Assembly: GCA_002362155.1 (NCBI GenBank)
Contig: DETN01000131.1
Coordinates: 641-64,640 of the forward strand
Length of the DNA: 64,000 nt
Source: Lachnospiraceae bacterium UBA3287
Lineage (GTDB): Bacteria; Bacillota; Clostridia; Lachnospirales; Lachnospiraceae
Direction: 5' to 3'
The position numbers were made by a program, and so were the translations under genes. Under the pieces are notes generated by a model. It was not told the origin of the DNA, did not search any database, and saw only the letters and a list, made by a program, of their open reading frames with translations. Positions 18,973 to 28,608 of this stretch are shown piece after piece. Each line of letters opens with the position of its first letter. Positions within the stretch are counted from its first letter, which is position 1.

Positions 18973-20040
18973 TTATTTGGCCCCCTTTCTGGAAAATCTG
19001 TTGAACAGCGCCTTGAACACATGGGAGATGGCTATAAAGATAATGACGCAGCCCATGATGATGTTGATGACTTCCGAAGGCGCCTTGACCATGGTCAGCT
19101 TGGATCCGCCGTACTTCATGGCGCCGTAGAAGATGCCCGAGAAGATGCAGCCGATGGGGCTGGAGCTTCCCACCAGGGCTACCGTGATGCCTTCGAAGCC
19201 GAAGCCCTCCTGGGCTGCCAGCTGGGAAAGTCTGCCGCCCATGCCCAGGATCTGGACCGCGCCGCCGATGCCGGCCAGGGCGCCGGAGATGGACAGGGCC
19301 GTCAGGATGGAGGCGTCGGCGTTGATGCCGGCGTACTCTGCCGCGTTCCGGTTGAAGCCTACGGCCTTGAGACGGAAGCCCAGGGTGGTCTTTTCAATGA
19401 TGATCCACATGGCGATGGCTGCCGCCACTGCCAGGATAAATCCGATGTTGGCCGCGGAGCAGTCTGTCAGCTTGATGATGGCCTGGGGGAAGAGGATCCT
19501 GGCCGACGCGGCCACGTCCTTGGTGGCTTCGCCGCCGCCCTCCTTGTGGATGATCTCCAGATTGACCACGTAGTTGGACAGATAGAAGGCGATCCAGTTG
19601 AACATGATGAAGGAAAGGACCTCATGAATGCCCCGCTTGACCTTCATCAGGCCTACGATAAAGGACCAGAGAGCGCCTGCCAGGGCCGCGCCGAGAATAC
19701 AGACGACAGCGTGCAGGACGGGAGGCATCTTTAAGAGGATGCCCAGGACGCAGGCGGTCAGGGACCCTACGATATACTGGCCCTCGGCGCCGATGTTGAA
19801 GACGCCGGTACGGAAGGAGAAGGCCACGGACAGACCGGTAAAGATGACCGGGCTGGCATAGATCAGGGTCCAGATCAGGTACTTGGGCTTGGAGAAAACG
19901 CTGCTGAAAAGCTTGCCGTAGGCCACTGCCGGGCTGATGCCCGCGATGACCAGGAAAATGGCGCCGATGATAAAGCCGATGATGATCGCCAGGATGGTAT
20001 AGAATACATCGGCTTCAAAGAGATTGAATTTTTTCTTCAT
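18973..20040 (-). CDS. Nucleoside ABC transporter permease (CUT2, NupP/NupB-like)
   Basis: FRTGVFNIGAEGQ, GFRLKAVGFN..AAEYAGI, GFEGITVAL. Confidence 0.92.
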   Translation of the reverse strand: MKKKFNLFEADVFYTILAIIIGFIIGAIFLVIAGISPAVAYGKLFSSVFSKPKYLIWTLIYASPVIFTGLSVAFSFRTGVFNIGAEGQYIVGSLTACVLGILLKMPPVLHAVVCILGAALAGALWSFIVGLMKVKRGIHEVLSFIMFNWIAFYLSNYVVNLEIIHKEGGGEATKDVAASARILFPQAIIKLTDCSAANIGFILAVAAAIAMWIIIEKTTLGFRLKAVGFNRNAAEYAGINADASILTALSISGALAGIGGAVQILGMGGRLSQLAAQEGFGFEGITVALVGSSSPIGCIFSGIFYGAMKYGGSKLTMVKAPSEVINIIMGCVIIFIAISHVFKALFNRFSRKGAK

Positions 20041-21575
20041 GCCTTTTTACCTCCTGCCATCATGAATCCCAGTTCCTTCTCGTTGGCGTCCTTTCCGGGG
20101 ACCTCGCCGGTGATCTGGCCGTCGAAGATGACGTCGATCCTGTCGGACAGATCCATGATCTCATCCAGTTCGAAGGAGACCAGAAGGACTGCTCTTCCTT
20201 TGTTTCTCTGTTCTACGATGTATTTATGCACGAATTCGATGGCTCCCACGTCCAGGCCTCTGGTGGGGTTGACAGCGATCAGCAGTTCCTTGTCATTGGT
20301 GACCTCACGGGCGATGATGACCTTCTGCTGGTTGCCGCCGGAGAGTGTACCGGCAGGCCTCAGCTCGGAAGCTCTGGGCCGGACGTCGAACTTCTCGATC
20401 AGTTCGGATGCCTGGCTGCGGATCGGGCCCCGGTTCAGGAAACCTCTGGAGGAGAAGGGCTCTTCCTCAAAGTGCTGGAGGATCAGGTTGTCCTCTACGG
20501 AGAAATCCAGGACCAGTCCGTGCTTCTGCCTGTCGGCGGGGATGGAGGATACGCCGTACTGGAAGACCTCTCTGGGGGTCTTGTTGAAGATGTCGGTCCC
20601 CAGCATGGTCACGGATCCGGACTCGGCCTTTTTAAGGCCCGTCAGGATCTCCACCAGTTCTGTCTGGCCGTTGCCGTCGACGCCGGCAAGGCCCACGATC
20701 TCGCCGCTGCGGACTGTCAGGTTGAGGCCCTGCAGGATCTCAACGCCGCGGTAGTCCTTGGCCCGCAGGTCCTTTACCTCCAGGACCACGTCGCCGGGTT
20801 CCTGTTCCTGCTTGTTGACACTGAAGGAAACCGCGCGTCCCACCATCATGGCTGCCAGATCGTTCTCCGAGCAGTCCGCCACCCTGACGGTCTGGATATA
20901 TTTGCCCTGACGGATGATGGTGCAGGAATCCGAGCAGGCCTTGATCTCCTTGAGCTTATGGGTGATCAGGATGATGGATTTGCCGTCTGCCGTCAGATTT
21001 TCGATGATGCCCATCAGTTCTTCGATCTCCTGAGGGGTCAGGGACGCGGTGGGTTCGTCCAGGATCAGGACGTCCGCGCCTCTGTAGAGGACCTTGAGGA
21101 TCTCCACTCTCTGCTGCATGCCCACGGAAATGTCCTGGATCTTGGCGTCCGGATCCACGGCCATGCCGTAGCGCTCGGACAGCTCCACCACCTTCTGTCT
21201 GGCCGTCTTCTTGTCCACCACCAGGCCTTTGGTGGGTTCCACGCCCAGAATAATGTTGTCGGTAACGGTAAAAGGCTGGATCAGCATGAAATGCTGATGG
21301 ACCATGCCGATGCCGCTTTCAATGGCATTCTTGGGACCATTGAAATGCATCTCTTTTCCCTTGACGAAGATCTGGCCGCTGGTAGGCTGATAAAGTCCGT
21401 AAAGGACATTCATCAGGGTACTCTTGCCGGCGCCGTTCTCCCCCAGGATGGCATGCACCTCTCCCTTGTGGACGGTAAGATTAATACCGTCGTTGGCCGT
21501 AAAATCACCGAACTTCTTAACAATGTCTTTCATTTCGATGACTACGGTCTTCTCATCCATGTGACTTACACTCAC
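20037..21575 (-). CDS. Nucleoside ABC transporter ATP-binding protein (CUT2, double NBD)
   Basis: GENGAGKST, GIGMVHQHF, LDEPT, LSGGNQQK, PTRGLDVGA. Confidence 0.95.
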   Translation of the reverse strand: MSVSHMDEKTVVIEMKDIVKKFGDFTANDGINLTVHKGEVHAILGENGAGKSTLMNVLYGLYQPTSGQIFVKGKEMHFNGPKNAIESGIGMVHQHFMLIQPFTVTDNIILGVEPTKGLVVDKKTARQKVVELSERYGMAVDPDAKIQDISVGMQQRVEILKVLYRGADVLILDEPTASLTPQEIEELMGIIENLTADGKSIILITHKLKEIKACSDSCTIIRQGKYIQTVRVADCSENDLAAMMVGRAVSFSVNKQEQEPGDVVLEVKDLRAKDYRGVEILQGLNLTVRSGEIVGLAGVDGNGQTELVEILTGLKKAESGSVTMLGTDIFNKTPREVFQYGVSSIPADRQKHGLVLDFSVEDNLILQHFEEEPFSSRGFLNRGPIRSQASELIEKFDVRPRASELRPAGTLSGGNQQKVIIAREVTNDKELLIAVNPTRGLDVGAIEFVHKYIVEQRNKGRAVLLVSFELDEIMDLSDRIDVIFDGQITGEVPGKDANEKELGFMMAGGKKA

Positions 21576-21690
21576 CGCTGCATCTACCTCCCTCTTTGTC
21601 TTTATCTTTTTAAGCCCGCCGGCCCCTAAGGGGAAGAAGGCCGAAGGCTCTGCTGCCAGCTTTAAAACGCCGGAAGGCGTTTTTTTCAGA

Positions 21691-22563
21691 TCAGATCATG
21701 ATGATCTCCCGGTATCCCATCCGGGAAAGCACCTCCCGGAGCCTTTCCAGGTATTCCTTCGATGGAGATCTGAAGTCCGCATACTCTTTCCGCACGCCCA
21801 TGGGCCTGCAGGCAATGAGTTTGATCCGGAAAGGATGGTCCTGATAGATATCCCGAAGAAAGCGCCCTGCCGCCTCCGTGCTCTTTTCACAATCATAGAG
21901 ATGGGGCGCGATCACGAAGCGGACCTCATAGAGCTTTCCCCTCTCTCCCAGAAAAAGAGCATTGTCCAGGACCCGGGCATTGGGAGCATCCGTGATCCTC
22001 TCATGGTCCCCGCTGTCGAAGGCCTTGATATCCAGCATGACCCCGTCGGACACTTCAAGAAGATCCGGATGGTCCCGGAAGGGGATGGTCCCGTTGGAAT
22101 CGATCAGGGTCCCCAGGCCCTCCTGCCGGGCCAGGGTGAACAGTTCTGTAAGAAATTCCGGGTAAAGCATGCATTCGCCCCCGGAGACGCTGATGCCCCG
22201 GATAAAGGGGATCTGGCGCCTTACCCTTTCCATGACCTGGGAAGGGGTCATGACCCGGACCTTGGGCGAAGCCCCATAGGGACAGATCCGGATGCAGGTA
22301 TCGCAGCCCAGGCATTTTTCCCTGTCCCAGAGGATCCGCAGTCCCCCTCCGGCCGCCCGGGCTCTCTGCAGAGCGCCCCCGGGGCAGGCCCGGACGCAGT
22401 CTCCGCAGGCGCTGCACAGGGCCCTGGTCTCGGGATTGTGGCAGTATCTGCAGTTAATATTGCAGCCCTGCAGAAAAATCGCTGTACGGCAGCCCGGACC
22501 GTCCACGCTGGAAAAGGGGATGATCTTATTGACCACCGCAGTGGTCTTGTCTGTCTTTTTCAT
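21691..22563 (-). CDS. yjjW: YjjW-family glycyl-radical enzyme activase (radical SAM with ferredoxin insert)
   Basis: IIPFSSVDGPG, CNINCRYCHNPET (CX3CX2C), two CxxCxxCxxxCP motifs, ISVSGGEC. Confidence 0.92.
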   Translation of the reverse strand: MKKTDKTTAVVNKIIPFSSVDGPGCRTAIFLQGCNINCRYCHNPETRALCSACGDCVRACPGGALQRARAAGGGLRILWDREKCLGCDTCIRICPYGASPKVRVMTPSQVMERVRRQIPFIRGISVSGGECMLYPEFLTELFTLARQEGLGTLIDSNGTIPFRDHPDLLEVSDGVMLDIKAFDSGDHERITDAPNARVLDNALFLGERGKLYEVRFVIAPHLYDCEKSTEAAGRFLRDIYQDHPFRIKLIACRPMGVRKEYADFRSPSKEYLERLREVLSRMGYREIIMI

Positions 22564-22572
22564 AGTTCTTTA

Positions 22573-24117
22573 TCAGCGGACCTTCCGCTCTAGGATCTTC
22601 CCGTTTTTGGAAGCTCCAAGGCCCAGTGCCGTGGTATCCTGCAGGACGGCATTCCCTGCGTCCAGCTTCTCCATTTCGGACCGCTTGACCAGGTATCCCG
22701 TGACCCGGATCACGTCCGAATCGGAGGAATAGAAGGACAGATAGCGCAGATCCTTGCGGAAGGCGCCCTTAATGATGTCCAGTACGTACTCGGGATTCCT
22801 GTGGACCGTCACGTCGATGGGGAAGATGTCTCCGGTCCCCGAAGGGAAATAGTGGTGGAAGCGGGAAAGGACCAGGAGCTGGTCGATCAGTTCTTCCGGT
22901 TCCTCTCCGATGGGGATCCTGGTGCCGGGGGTCACCCCCACGTCGCTGGCGATCCCCACCTGGGCGTGCAGGAGGAAATGGCCTCCCGTCACCTCGCAGT
23001 AGGGATTGACATGGGCCTGGTTGAAGGCGTCGATGACCTCCATGATCTCCACGCCCAGATCATTGGCTGCCTGGTCGTGGCCGAAGCGGCCTTTTCTTCC
23101 CTCTTTTTCCAGAAGGATGTTGACGGCTTCCGCAAGGCCCACCAGACCGAACATGGCGGTAAAGCGCTCCCTCTCCACCAGCCCTTCCCGGATCAGGAAG
23201 TTGTGTTCGAAGAAGCCGCTCTCCTCCACTTCAAAGCGGATCCGCTCGTCCATGTAGGCGGCCATGATCTCCATGACCCGGGGAAGTTCCCTGGTCTTGA
23301 AATCCTCTATGCCGGAGGCTCTCTTTGCAATATTGCCCAGGATCAGGCGGCACAGGGTGTAGGAGCCGCCTCCCAGAGGCAGACCGTTGTAGCAGGAAGC
23401 GATGACATAGCGGTCCGTCAGTTCCCTGCGGAACATGAGATGGTTGGCGAAGCTGGGCTTTGCGCTGTGCAGGGCGCAGTCTATGGCGGAGAGCATGAAG
23501 GCATCGTCTGTGACCCCTTCTTCATATTTGAGACTGAGATTGGGGACGGCGTCCTCCAGTTCCTTTTCCGCTTCCAGGATATAAAGGCCGGCCCTGGTGG
23601 GCTTTGGACCTATGTCTGCGTGGGAGAAGGAGTCCAGGATGGTCCTGTCTACCTGCAGGAGGAAGAGGCGGATCAGCTTTCTTGCCGTCTTTTCGTCCAC
23701 AGTGTCGATATAGGGCTCCAGAAGGTCGTCCAGCTGTCCCAGATAGACCGGGTAGTTGGTGATGCTGGGTACGTGCTTGTAGATGATGAGCAGGGCGTTC
23801 AGGGCTTCGAACAGGTCTGTCGGAGGCTCCAGCTGCAGAAAGGCGCTGCCGTTTTTCAAAAACTTTTCATAGTCCGGAGCAATGTATCTGGGACGCATGG
23901 GGGCGTGGCCCTCATTCAGGTCGCAGATGCACTGGGTCTCGATGGGAGCATTCAAAAGCTCGTCCAGCCCCTCCGGCAGATCCATGACCTCCAGCAGGGA
24001 ATCGGCCTTGCCGGCCAGGCAGACCATCTTCTGCTCATGGGTCAGGGTGGGAGATTTGATGATGTCCAGGATCTCCTGCCTGGTGGTATTGACTCTTTCC
24101 ATGGAAATATCCCGCAT
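22573..24117 (-). CDS. yjjI: YjjI-family glycyl radical enzyme (DUF3029)
   Basis: CDLNEGHAP.RPRY, YKHVPSITNYPVYLGQLD, SCYNGL, HAQVGI, TPGTRIPIG, C-terminal IRVTGY glycyl loop. Confidence 0.92.
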   Translation of the reverse strand: MRDISMERVNTTRQEILDIIKSPTLTHEQKMVCLAGKADSLLEVMDLPEGLDELLNAPIETQCICDLNEGHAPMRPRYIAPDYEKFLKNGSAFLQLEPPTDLFEALNALLIIYKHVPSITNYPVYLGQLDDLLEPYIDTVDEKTARKLIRLFLLQVDRTILDSFSHADIGPKPTRAGLYILEAEKELEDAVPNLSLKYEEGVTDDAFMLSAIDCALHSAKPSFANHLMFRRELTDRYVIASCYNGLPLGGGSYTLCRLILGNIAKRASGIEDFKTRELPRVMEIMAAYMDERIRFEVEESGFFEHNFLIREGLVERERFTAMFGLVGLAEAVNILLEKEGRKGRFGHDQAANDLGVEIMEVIDAFNQAHVNPYCEVTGGHFLLHAQVGIASDVGVTPGTRIPIGEEPEELIDQLLVLSRFHHYFPSGTGDIFPIDVTVHRNPEYVLDIIKGAFRKDLRYLSFYSSDSDVIRVTGYLVKRSEMEKLDAGNAVLQDTTALGLGASKNGKILERKVR

Positions 24118-24342
24118 GGTTGTTTCCTCCTTCAATAAAAAGAAAAGCGGTCTGTAAGCGGCATTTCCCCCTGCACAGAGGCGGGGCAGGACGCGTCCCT
24201 CTGCAGAAAGAAAGGCCTTTTATAAAAAGGCCGGCCGACGCACAAACCACGTCGGCCGGCCCTGTATTCATTATAGCCTGTTTGCCGGGAAAATGATGCC
24301 TGAATTTCGCTCAGGCCCAAATCTTTTCGGCTTTTTCAGAGA

Positions 24343-25419
24343 TCAGTCAAGCTCGTATACGTCGCCGTACTTGGCTTCGAAATCAGCCTTGGAAGCGGGA
24401 ACTGTGATCTCGCCGGAGATGATCTTTGCCTTGACGTCTTCAATGGCTGTCTTGACTTCGTCTGTCAGCAGATCCTGTGTGGGAGCGATGTCCACGCCGC
24501 CGACGGACAGGTCATAGGTCTTTACGCCGCTCTCGAAGCTGCCGTTTACAACGGATTCGGAGCAGTCATAAACTGCGTTGTCGACTCTCTTCATGGCAGA
24601 GGTCAGAACGGTCTCGGGAGCGATCACGGACTGGTCGGAGTCTACGCCGATGGCATAGATGCTGGCTTCCTGGCACTTTTTGATGACGCCGATGCCGGTG
24701 CCGCCTGCAGCGTGATAGATGATGTCGGCGCCGTTGGTGATCATGGCGTTGGCGTCGGAGGAGCCGGTCTCGGGAGAACCGAAGCTGTTGGCGTTCTTCT
24801 GAAGGATCTTGGCATCAGGGTTGGCATCCAGGACGCCTGCGCAGTAGCCGTAGCCGAAGGTGTTCATGGTGTCGTTGGCCATGCCCAGCTCAAAGCCTAC
24901 TGTGTTGGACTCTGTCATCATGCCTGCCACATAGCCTACCAGGTAGGAAGCCTGCTCCTGCTTGAACATCAGGCAGGCAACGTTGTCCAGTTCGATGGAG
25001 GCATCGTCGATGATGGCGAATTTCTGATCGGGATTGGCTTCCGCAGCTGCGCGGGTAGCGTCTGCAAGCATGTAGCCGACGCAGATGATCAGGTCGCAGT
25101 CCTCATCCATGAAAGCTTCGATGTTGGGAGTGTAGTCGGCATCGGTCTTGGATTCCAGATAGTTGACCTGAATGCCCATGTCCTTCTGGGCCCTCTGAAG
25201 GCCTTCCCATGCGGACTGGTTGAAGGAACCGTCGTTGACGCCGCCTACATCGGTGACCAGACCGATGGAAACTTCGGAAGCCTCTGCAGGAGCTTCGGTT
25301 TCAGCTTCGCCGCCCTCGGGGGTCTCAGCAGGTGCGGAAGTGCCTGAACCGCCGCCGCAGGCTGCAAGCCCCAGCACCATGACGCCTGCCATTAATACTG
25401 CAAGGATTTTCTTTTTCAT
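24343..25419 (-). CDS. BMP-family (PnrA/NupN-like) nucleoside-binding lipoprotein
   Basis: Lipobox LAAC; TDVGGVNDGSFNQSAWEG, AAGGTG, AIGVDSDQ, TSAMKRVD. Confidence 0.95.
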   Translation of the reverse strand: MKKKILAVLMAGVMVLGLAACGGGSGTSAPAETPEGGEAETEAPAEASEVSIGLVTDVGGVNDGSFNQSAWEGLQRAQKDMGIQVNYLESKTDADYTPNIEAFMDEDCDLIICVGYMLADATRAAAEANPDQKFAIIDDASIELDNVACLMFKQEQASYLVGYVAGMMTESNTVGFELGMANDTMNTFGYGYCAGVLDANPDAKILQKNANSFGSPETGSSDANAMITNGADIIYHAAGGTGIGVIKKCQEASIYAIGVDSDQSVIAPETVLTSAMKRVDNAVYDCSESVVNGSFESGVKTYDLSVGGVDIAPTQDLLTDEVKTAIEDVKAKIISGEITVPASKADFEAKYGDVYELD

Positions 25420-25557
25420 ACTTTTCTCCTTTTCCGGGGATATTCCCCTGTTTTCAACAACTACCCTTTATTGTAGCATATCGGTCCGGAAAATAAACCA
25501 CAGGAACATTAAAAAAAACAAAGCAGGCGCAAAAGCAGGGCCGGCAGGTCCCGGATC

Positions 25558-26514
25558 TCACTCCCCGTCCGGGATCTCAATGCCGAATTCCTCAGGCCTG
25601 AACCTGGGACAGACATTCTCCTTGGTCATAAGAACGGAGGCCGCCACCCGGGTCCCGATCTCACAGGCCTCTCCAAGGCTCTTGCCGTAGGTCAGACCGC
25701 AGGTCACGCCGGCAAAGAAGGCGTCTCCCGCCCCGGTGGTATCCACCACGTCCACCTTGAAGGCGGGAACGATGCCGCTCTCTCCCGTTTCGGAAGCATA
25801 TACGCTGCCCTGGCCTCCCATGGTCACCACGATCCGGGGGATCCGGGCGGTCTTGACCTTCTCCTTCAGCATCTCCAGCATCTCTTCCGGGCTGTAGCGG
25901 CTGTAGTCGTCGGCGAAATAGATCCCCGCCTCCTGCTGGTTGCAGACAAAGCAGGCCGTTCTCTGGAAAAGTTCCCGCCTTTCCACGGCTATGGTCATGT
26001 TGGAGACCACGGCAAAGGCAGGGATCTGATATTTCTCCGCCAGGGCCAGGATCCTCTTGATCAGGCGGGGGTCCATGTCCACCTCCAGGGTCACGGAGTC
26101 CGCCTCCGAGAAGATCTCGTCTCCTTTTTCGTCCAGCAGGCTGCACAATGGCAGGAGGTCGGGCCGCTGGGACACGGAGGCCGTGACCTCCCCGTCGCTG
26201 TCAAAGACCGCCAGCCAGAGTCCCAGGCCCTTTTCCGAATAGATCGTATAGGACATGTCCACCTTATGCTTTTCCATCCGGGTCCGGACATCGGTGGAGA
26301 TCCCCGAACGGTCCAGGATGGTCAGGTAGGTGGGCCGCAGTTCCAGGTTGGCTATGTCCTCCGCGATATTGCGGCTGACGCCTCCGTGGACCTGGACCAC
26401 CGTGCCCGCATTTCTCCCTCCGGGCAGATAGGCCCCCAGGGGATAGCCCTTCACGTCCACAAAGGTGGCGCCTGTCACTACGATTCCGTGCTTTTTTCTC
26501 CTGATCTCAGTCAT
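25558..26514 (-). CDS. PfkB-family kinase (pseudouridine-kinase-like subgroup)
   Basis: GGVSRNIAEDIANL, NQQEA, VVTMGGQG, VVDTTGAGDAF; start MTEIRRK overlaps the tdk end. Confidence 0.85.
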   Translation of the reverse strand: MTEIRRKKHGIVVTGATFVDVKGYPLGAYLPGGRNAGTVVQVHGGVSRNIAEDIANLELRPTYLTILDRSGISTDVRTRMEKHKVDMSYTIYSEKGLGLWLAVFDSDGEVTASVSQRPDLLPLCSLLDEKGDEIFSEADSVTLEVDMDPRLIKRILALAEKYQIPAFAVVSNMTIAVERRELFQRTACFVCNQQEAGIYFADDYSRYSPEEMLEMLKEKVKTARIPRIVVTMGGQGSVYASETGESGIVPAFKVDVVDTTGAGDAFFAGVTCGLTYGKSLGEACEIGTRVAASVLMTKENVCPRFRPEEFGIEIPDGE

Positions 26515-27082
26515 CGCCCTTAAGCCTGCCTTCCATGTAGTGCTTCCTGCAGAGTGATGTATAGCTTTCGTTGGCGCCCAGCATGAACTGCTCGCCGTCC
26601 CTGACGATCTTTCCGTCCACGAATCTGGCGTTGAAATGGGCCCGTCTGCCGCACCAGCAGACCGTGGGGACCTCTTCCAGGCGGTCCGCCAGCTCCATGA
26701 GTCTTTTGGAAGCGGGGAACAGTTCGCTGCGGAAGTCTGTCCTGAGCCCGTAGCAGAGGACCGGCACGTCATAGGTATCTACGATATATGCCAGCTGGTC
26801 GATATAGGAAGGATCCAGGAAGTGGCATTCGTCCACGATGATGGCGGCTACGCCCGACCAGTCCTTTCTGTCCCTGCAGCTGTCCAGATAGTCTTCTGCA
26901 AAGAGGGCCTGGGCCTGCAGGCCGATCCGGGACCGGATCACAGTCTCTCCATCCCGCTTTTCGAATCTGGGTTTCAAAAGGACCGCATGCTGGCCCTTTT
27001 CCTCATAGTTGTAACGGACCATCAATGCGTTGGCCGTCTTGGAGGAGCCCATGGCCCCGTACCTGAAATACAGTTTTGCCAT
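26507..27082 (-). CDS. tdk: Thymidine kinase
   Basis: MAKLYFRYGAMGSSKT, SRIG, IVDECHF, YGLRTDF, Y.SLCRKH. Confidence 0.97.
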   Translation of the reverse strand: MAKLYFRYGAMGSSKTANALMVRYNYEEKGQHAVLLKPRFEKRDGETVIRSRIGLQAQALFAEDYLDSCRDRKDWSGVAAIIVDECHFLDPSYIDQLAYIVDTYDVPVLCYGLRTDFRSELFPASKRLMELADRLEEVPTVCWCGRRAHFNARFVDGKIVRDGEQFMLGANESYTSLCRKHYMEGRLKGDD

Positions 27083-27097
27083 CTGTCTCCCCCGCCC

Positions 27098-27751
27098 TTA
27101 CAGAAGCTGCATGATCCTGGCCTTGACGATATCGAAGGCCACCTTGTTCCTGCCGCTGTTGATCACGATGTCCGCCTTGGCCTTGGTGGGCTCCACATAA
27201 AGGTAGTGCATGGGCTTGACCGTGGTCAGATACTGGTCGATGATGCCCCGCAGGTCCCTGCCTCTCTCCTCCATGTCCCGGAGGGCCCTTCTGAGGATCC
27301 TTTCGTCGGCGTCCGCCTCCACGTAGATCTTGATATCCATAAGGTCTCTGAGCCTTTCGTCGGAAAGGACCAGGATGCCTTCCACCAGGATGACCTTGGA
27401 TGGCAGGATGGGAATGGTCTTGTCCGAACGGTTGTGGACCGCATAGTCATAGACGGGGCACTGGATGGGCCGGCCGTGGCGGAGCTCTGTCAGATGCTCG
27501 ATCAGAAGATCTGTCTCCAGGGCGTCGGGATGGTCGTAATTGATCTTTTTCCTCTCCTCGAAGGGGATCCCGTCGTTGCGCCGGTAATAGTTGTCATGAT
27601 AGATCACCGTCACCTGGTCGCCGAAGGCTTCCTTGATCCTTCTGGTAAAGGTGGACTTGCCGCTGCCGGTGCCGCCCGCAATGCCGATGATGATGCACTG
27701 CTGCTCTTTATTCTCATCCTGTTCGTTGATCTCAAAGATCCGATCATCCAT
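27098..27751 (-). CDS. udk: Uridine kinase
   Basis: IGIAGGTGSGKST, NYDHPDA, VILVEGIL, RRALRD..ERGR, VKPMH. Confidence 0.96.
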   Translation of the reverse strand: MDDRIFEINEQDENKEQQCIIIGIAGGTGSGKSTFTRRIKEAFGDQVTVIYHDNYYRRNDGIPFEERKKINYDHPDALETDLLIEHLTELRHGRPIQCPVYDYAVHNRSDKTIPILPSKVILVEGILVLSDERLRDLMDIKIYVEADADERILRRALRDMEERGRDLRGIIDQYLTTVKPMHYLYVEPTKAKADIVINSGRNKVAFDIVKARIMQLL

Positions 27752-28058
27752 TTGTCATTCCTCGCTGAAATATATAGTACTGTGCCGGGTGCTAAGCATA
27801 TTATGACACGTTCGGAGAGGGCTCACAAGTTTTTTGTCCCCCAGTCAGAAAGGCAGAGGGAAAAAGGGAAAGCGCAAGAACCGATGATAAATTTCAAAAA
27901 CCGTCAACCTATTCCGGACCGATAGTGATAATGACCAATAATTGTCTGAAAAGCCCAAAAATTCAGTGAAAATTTGTCTCTCCAGTCTCTTGACACCTGT
28001 GTGGTACAATAATAAAGAAGATAATGCAAATCAGTCATCAGAAACGGAGTGTGCAAGA

Positions 28059-28256
28059 ATGGCATATGCAAAAATCAAAGTATCTTCGCTGCCCAATACC
28101 GCTTACGTAGCACCGCCCAAGCCCAGACCGGCAAACAGAAAGGTGTCCCGTCCCATCACTTCATCTTTCGCAAGACGCAGGCCTCCGGTGAGTCCGGATG
28201 CAGAACCCGCGGCAAAGGCAGAGGACACAGCTGCAGCCGAAAAGGCAGCCGGCTGA
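28059..28256 (+). CDS. Small hypothetical basic, Pro/Ala-rich protein (65 aa)
   Basis: Extended -10 TGGTACAAT near 28002-28010, GGAG RBS, ORF MAYAKIKVSSLPNTAYVAPPKPRP... Confidence 0.45.
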   Translation: MAYAKIKVSSLPNTAYVAPPKPRPANRKVSRPITSSFARRRPPVSPDAEPAAKAEDTAAAEKAAG

Positions 28257-28361
28257 CCCCCGGAGAAGCGTCTTCTTATGTTTTCGTTTTGTTCAGTAAA
28301 TTTTCGGAATATTTCTCCCCCTGTTTATTGGGATTTTAGAATTGTATGCTATCGTATTAGC

Positions 28362-28447
28362 TGTGAACAGAAAGAAGACGAAATTATCTCCCCCTCATAT
28401 GAATCAGAATCAGCCCCGGCCCCCAAAGCCGGGGCTGTCTGATTATC
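28362..28447 (+). ncRNA. Candidate C-rich small RNA
   Basis: TTGGGA-N16-(TGc)TATCGT promoter-like site, TCTCCCCCTCAT motif, hairpin CAGCCCCGGC-CCCCAAA-GCCGGGGCTG; no credible ORF. Confidence 0.4.
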
Positions 28448-28608
28448 CGGAGCATTTTCCGGCCCCTGCGGGAACATCCGCAGGGAAATAACAGAATTGA
28501 AAACCGGAAACAAAGGCCCCTGCACCGGGCGGTGCAGGGGCCTTGTCATGCCGGCAGGGCCGGCTTTCTTATAAGATTCTTTTTTCTCTCAGCTGTGAAA
28601 GATGCCTC

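Noticed and set aside
27764-27782. NrdR box upstream of udk
   Set aside because: Only the central AT-rich part matches and no tandem second box is present
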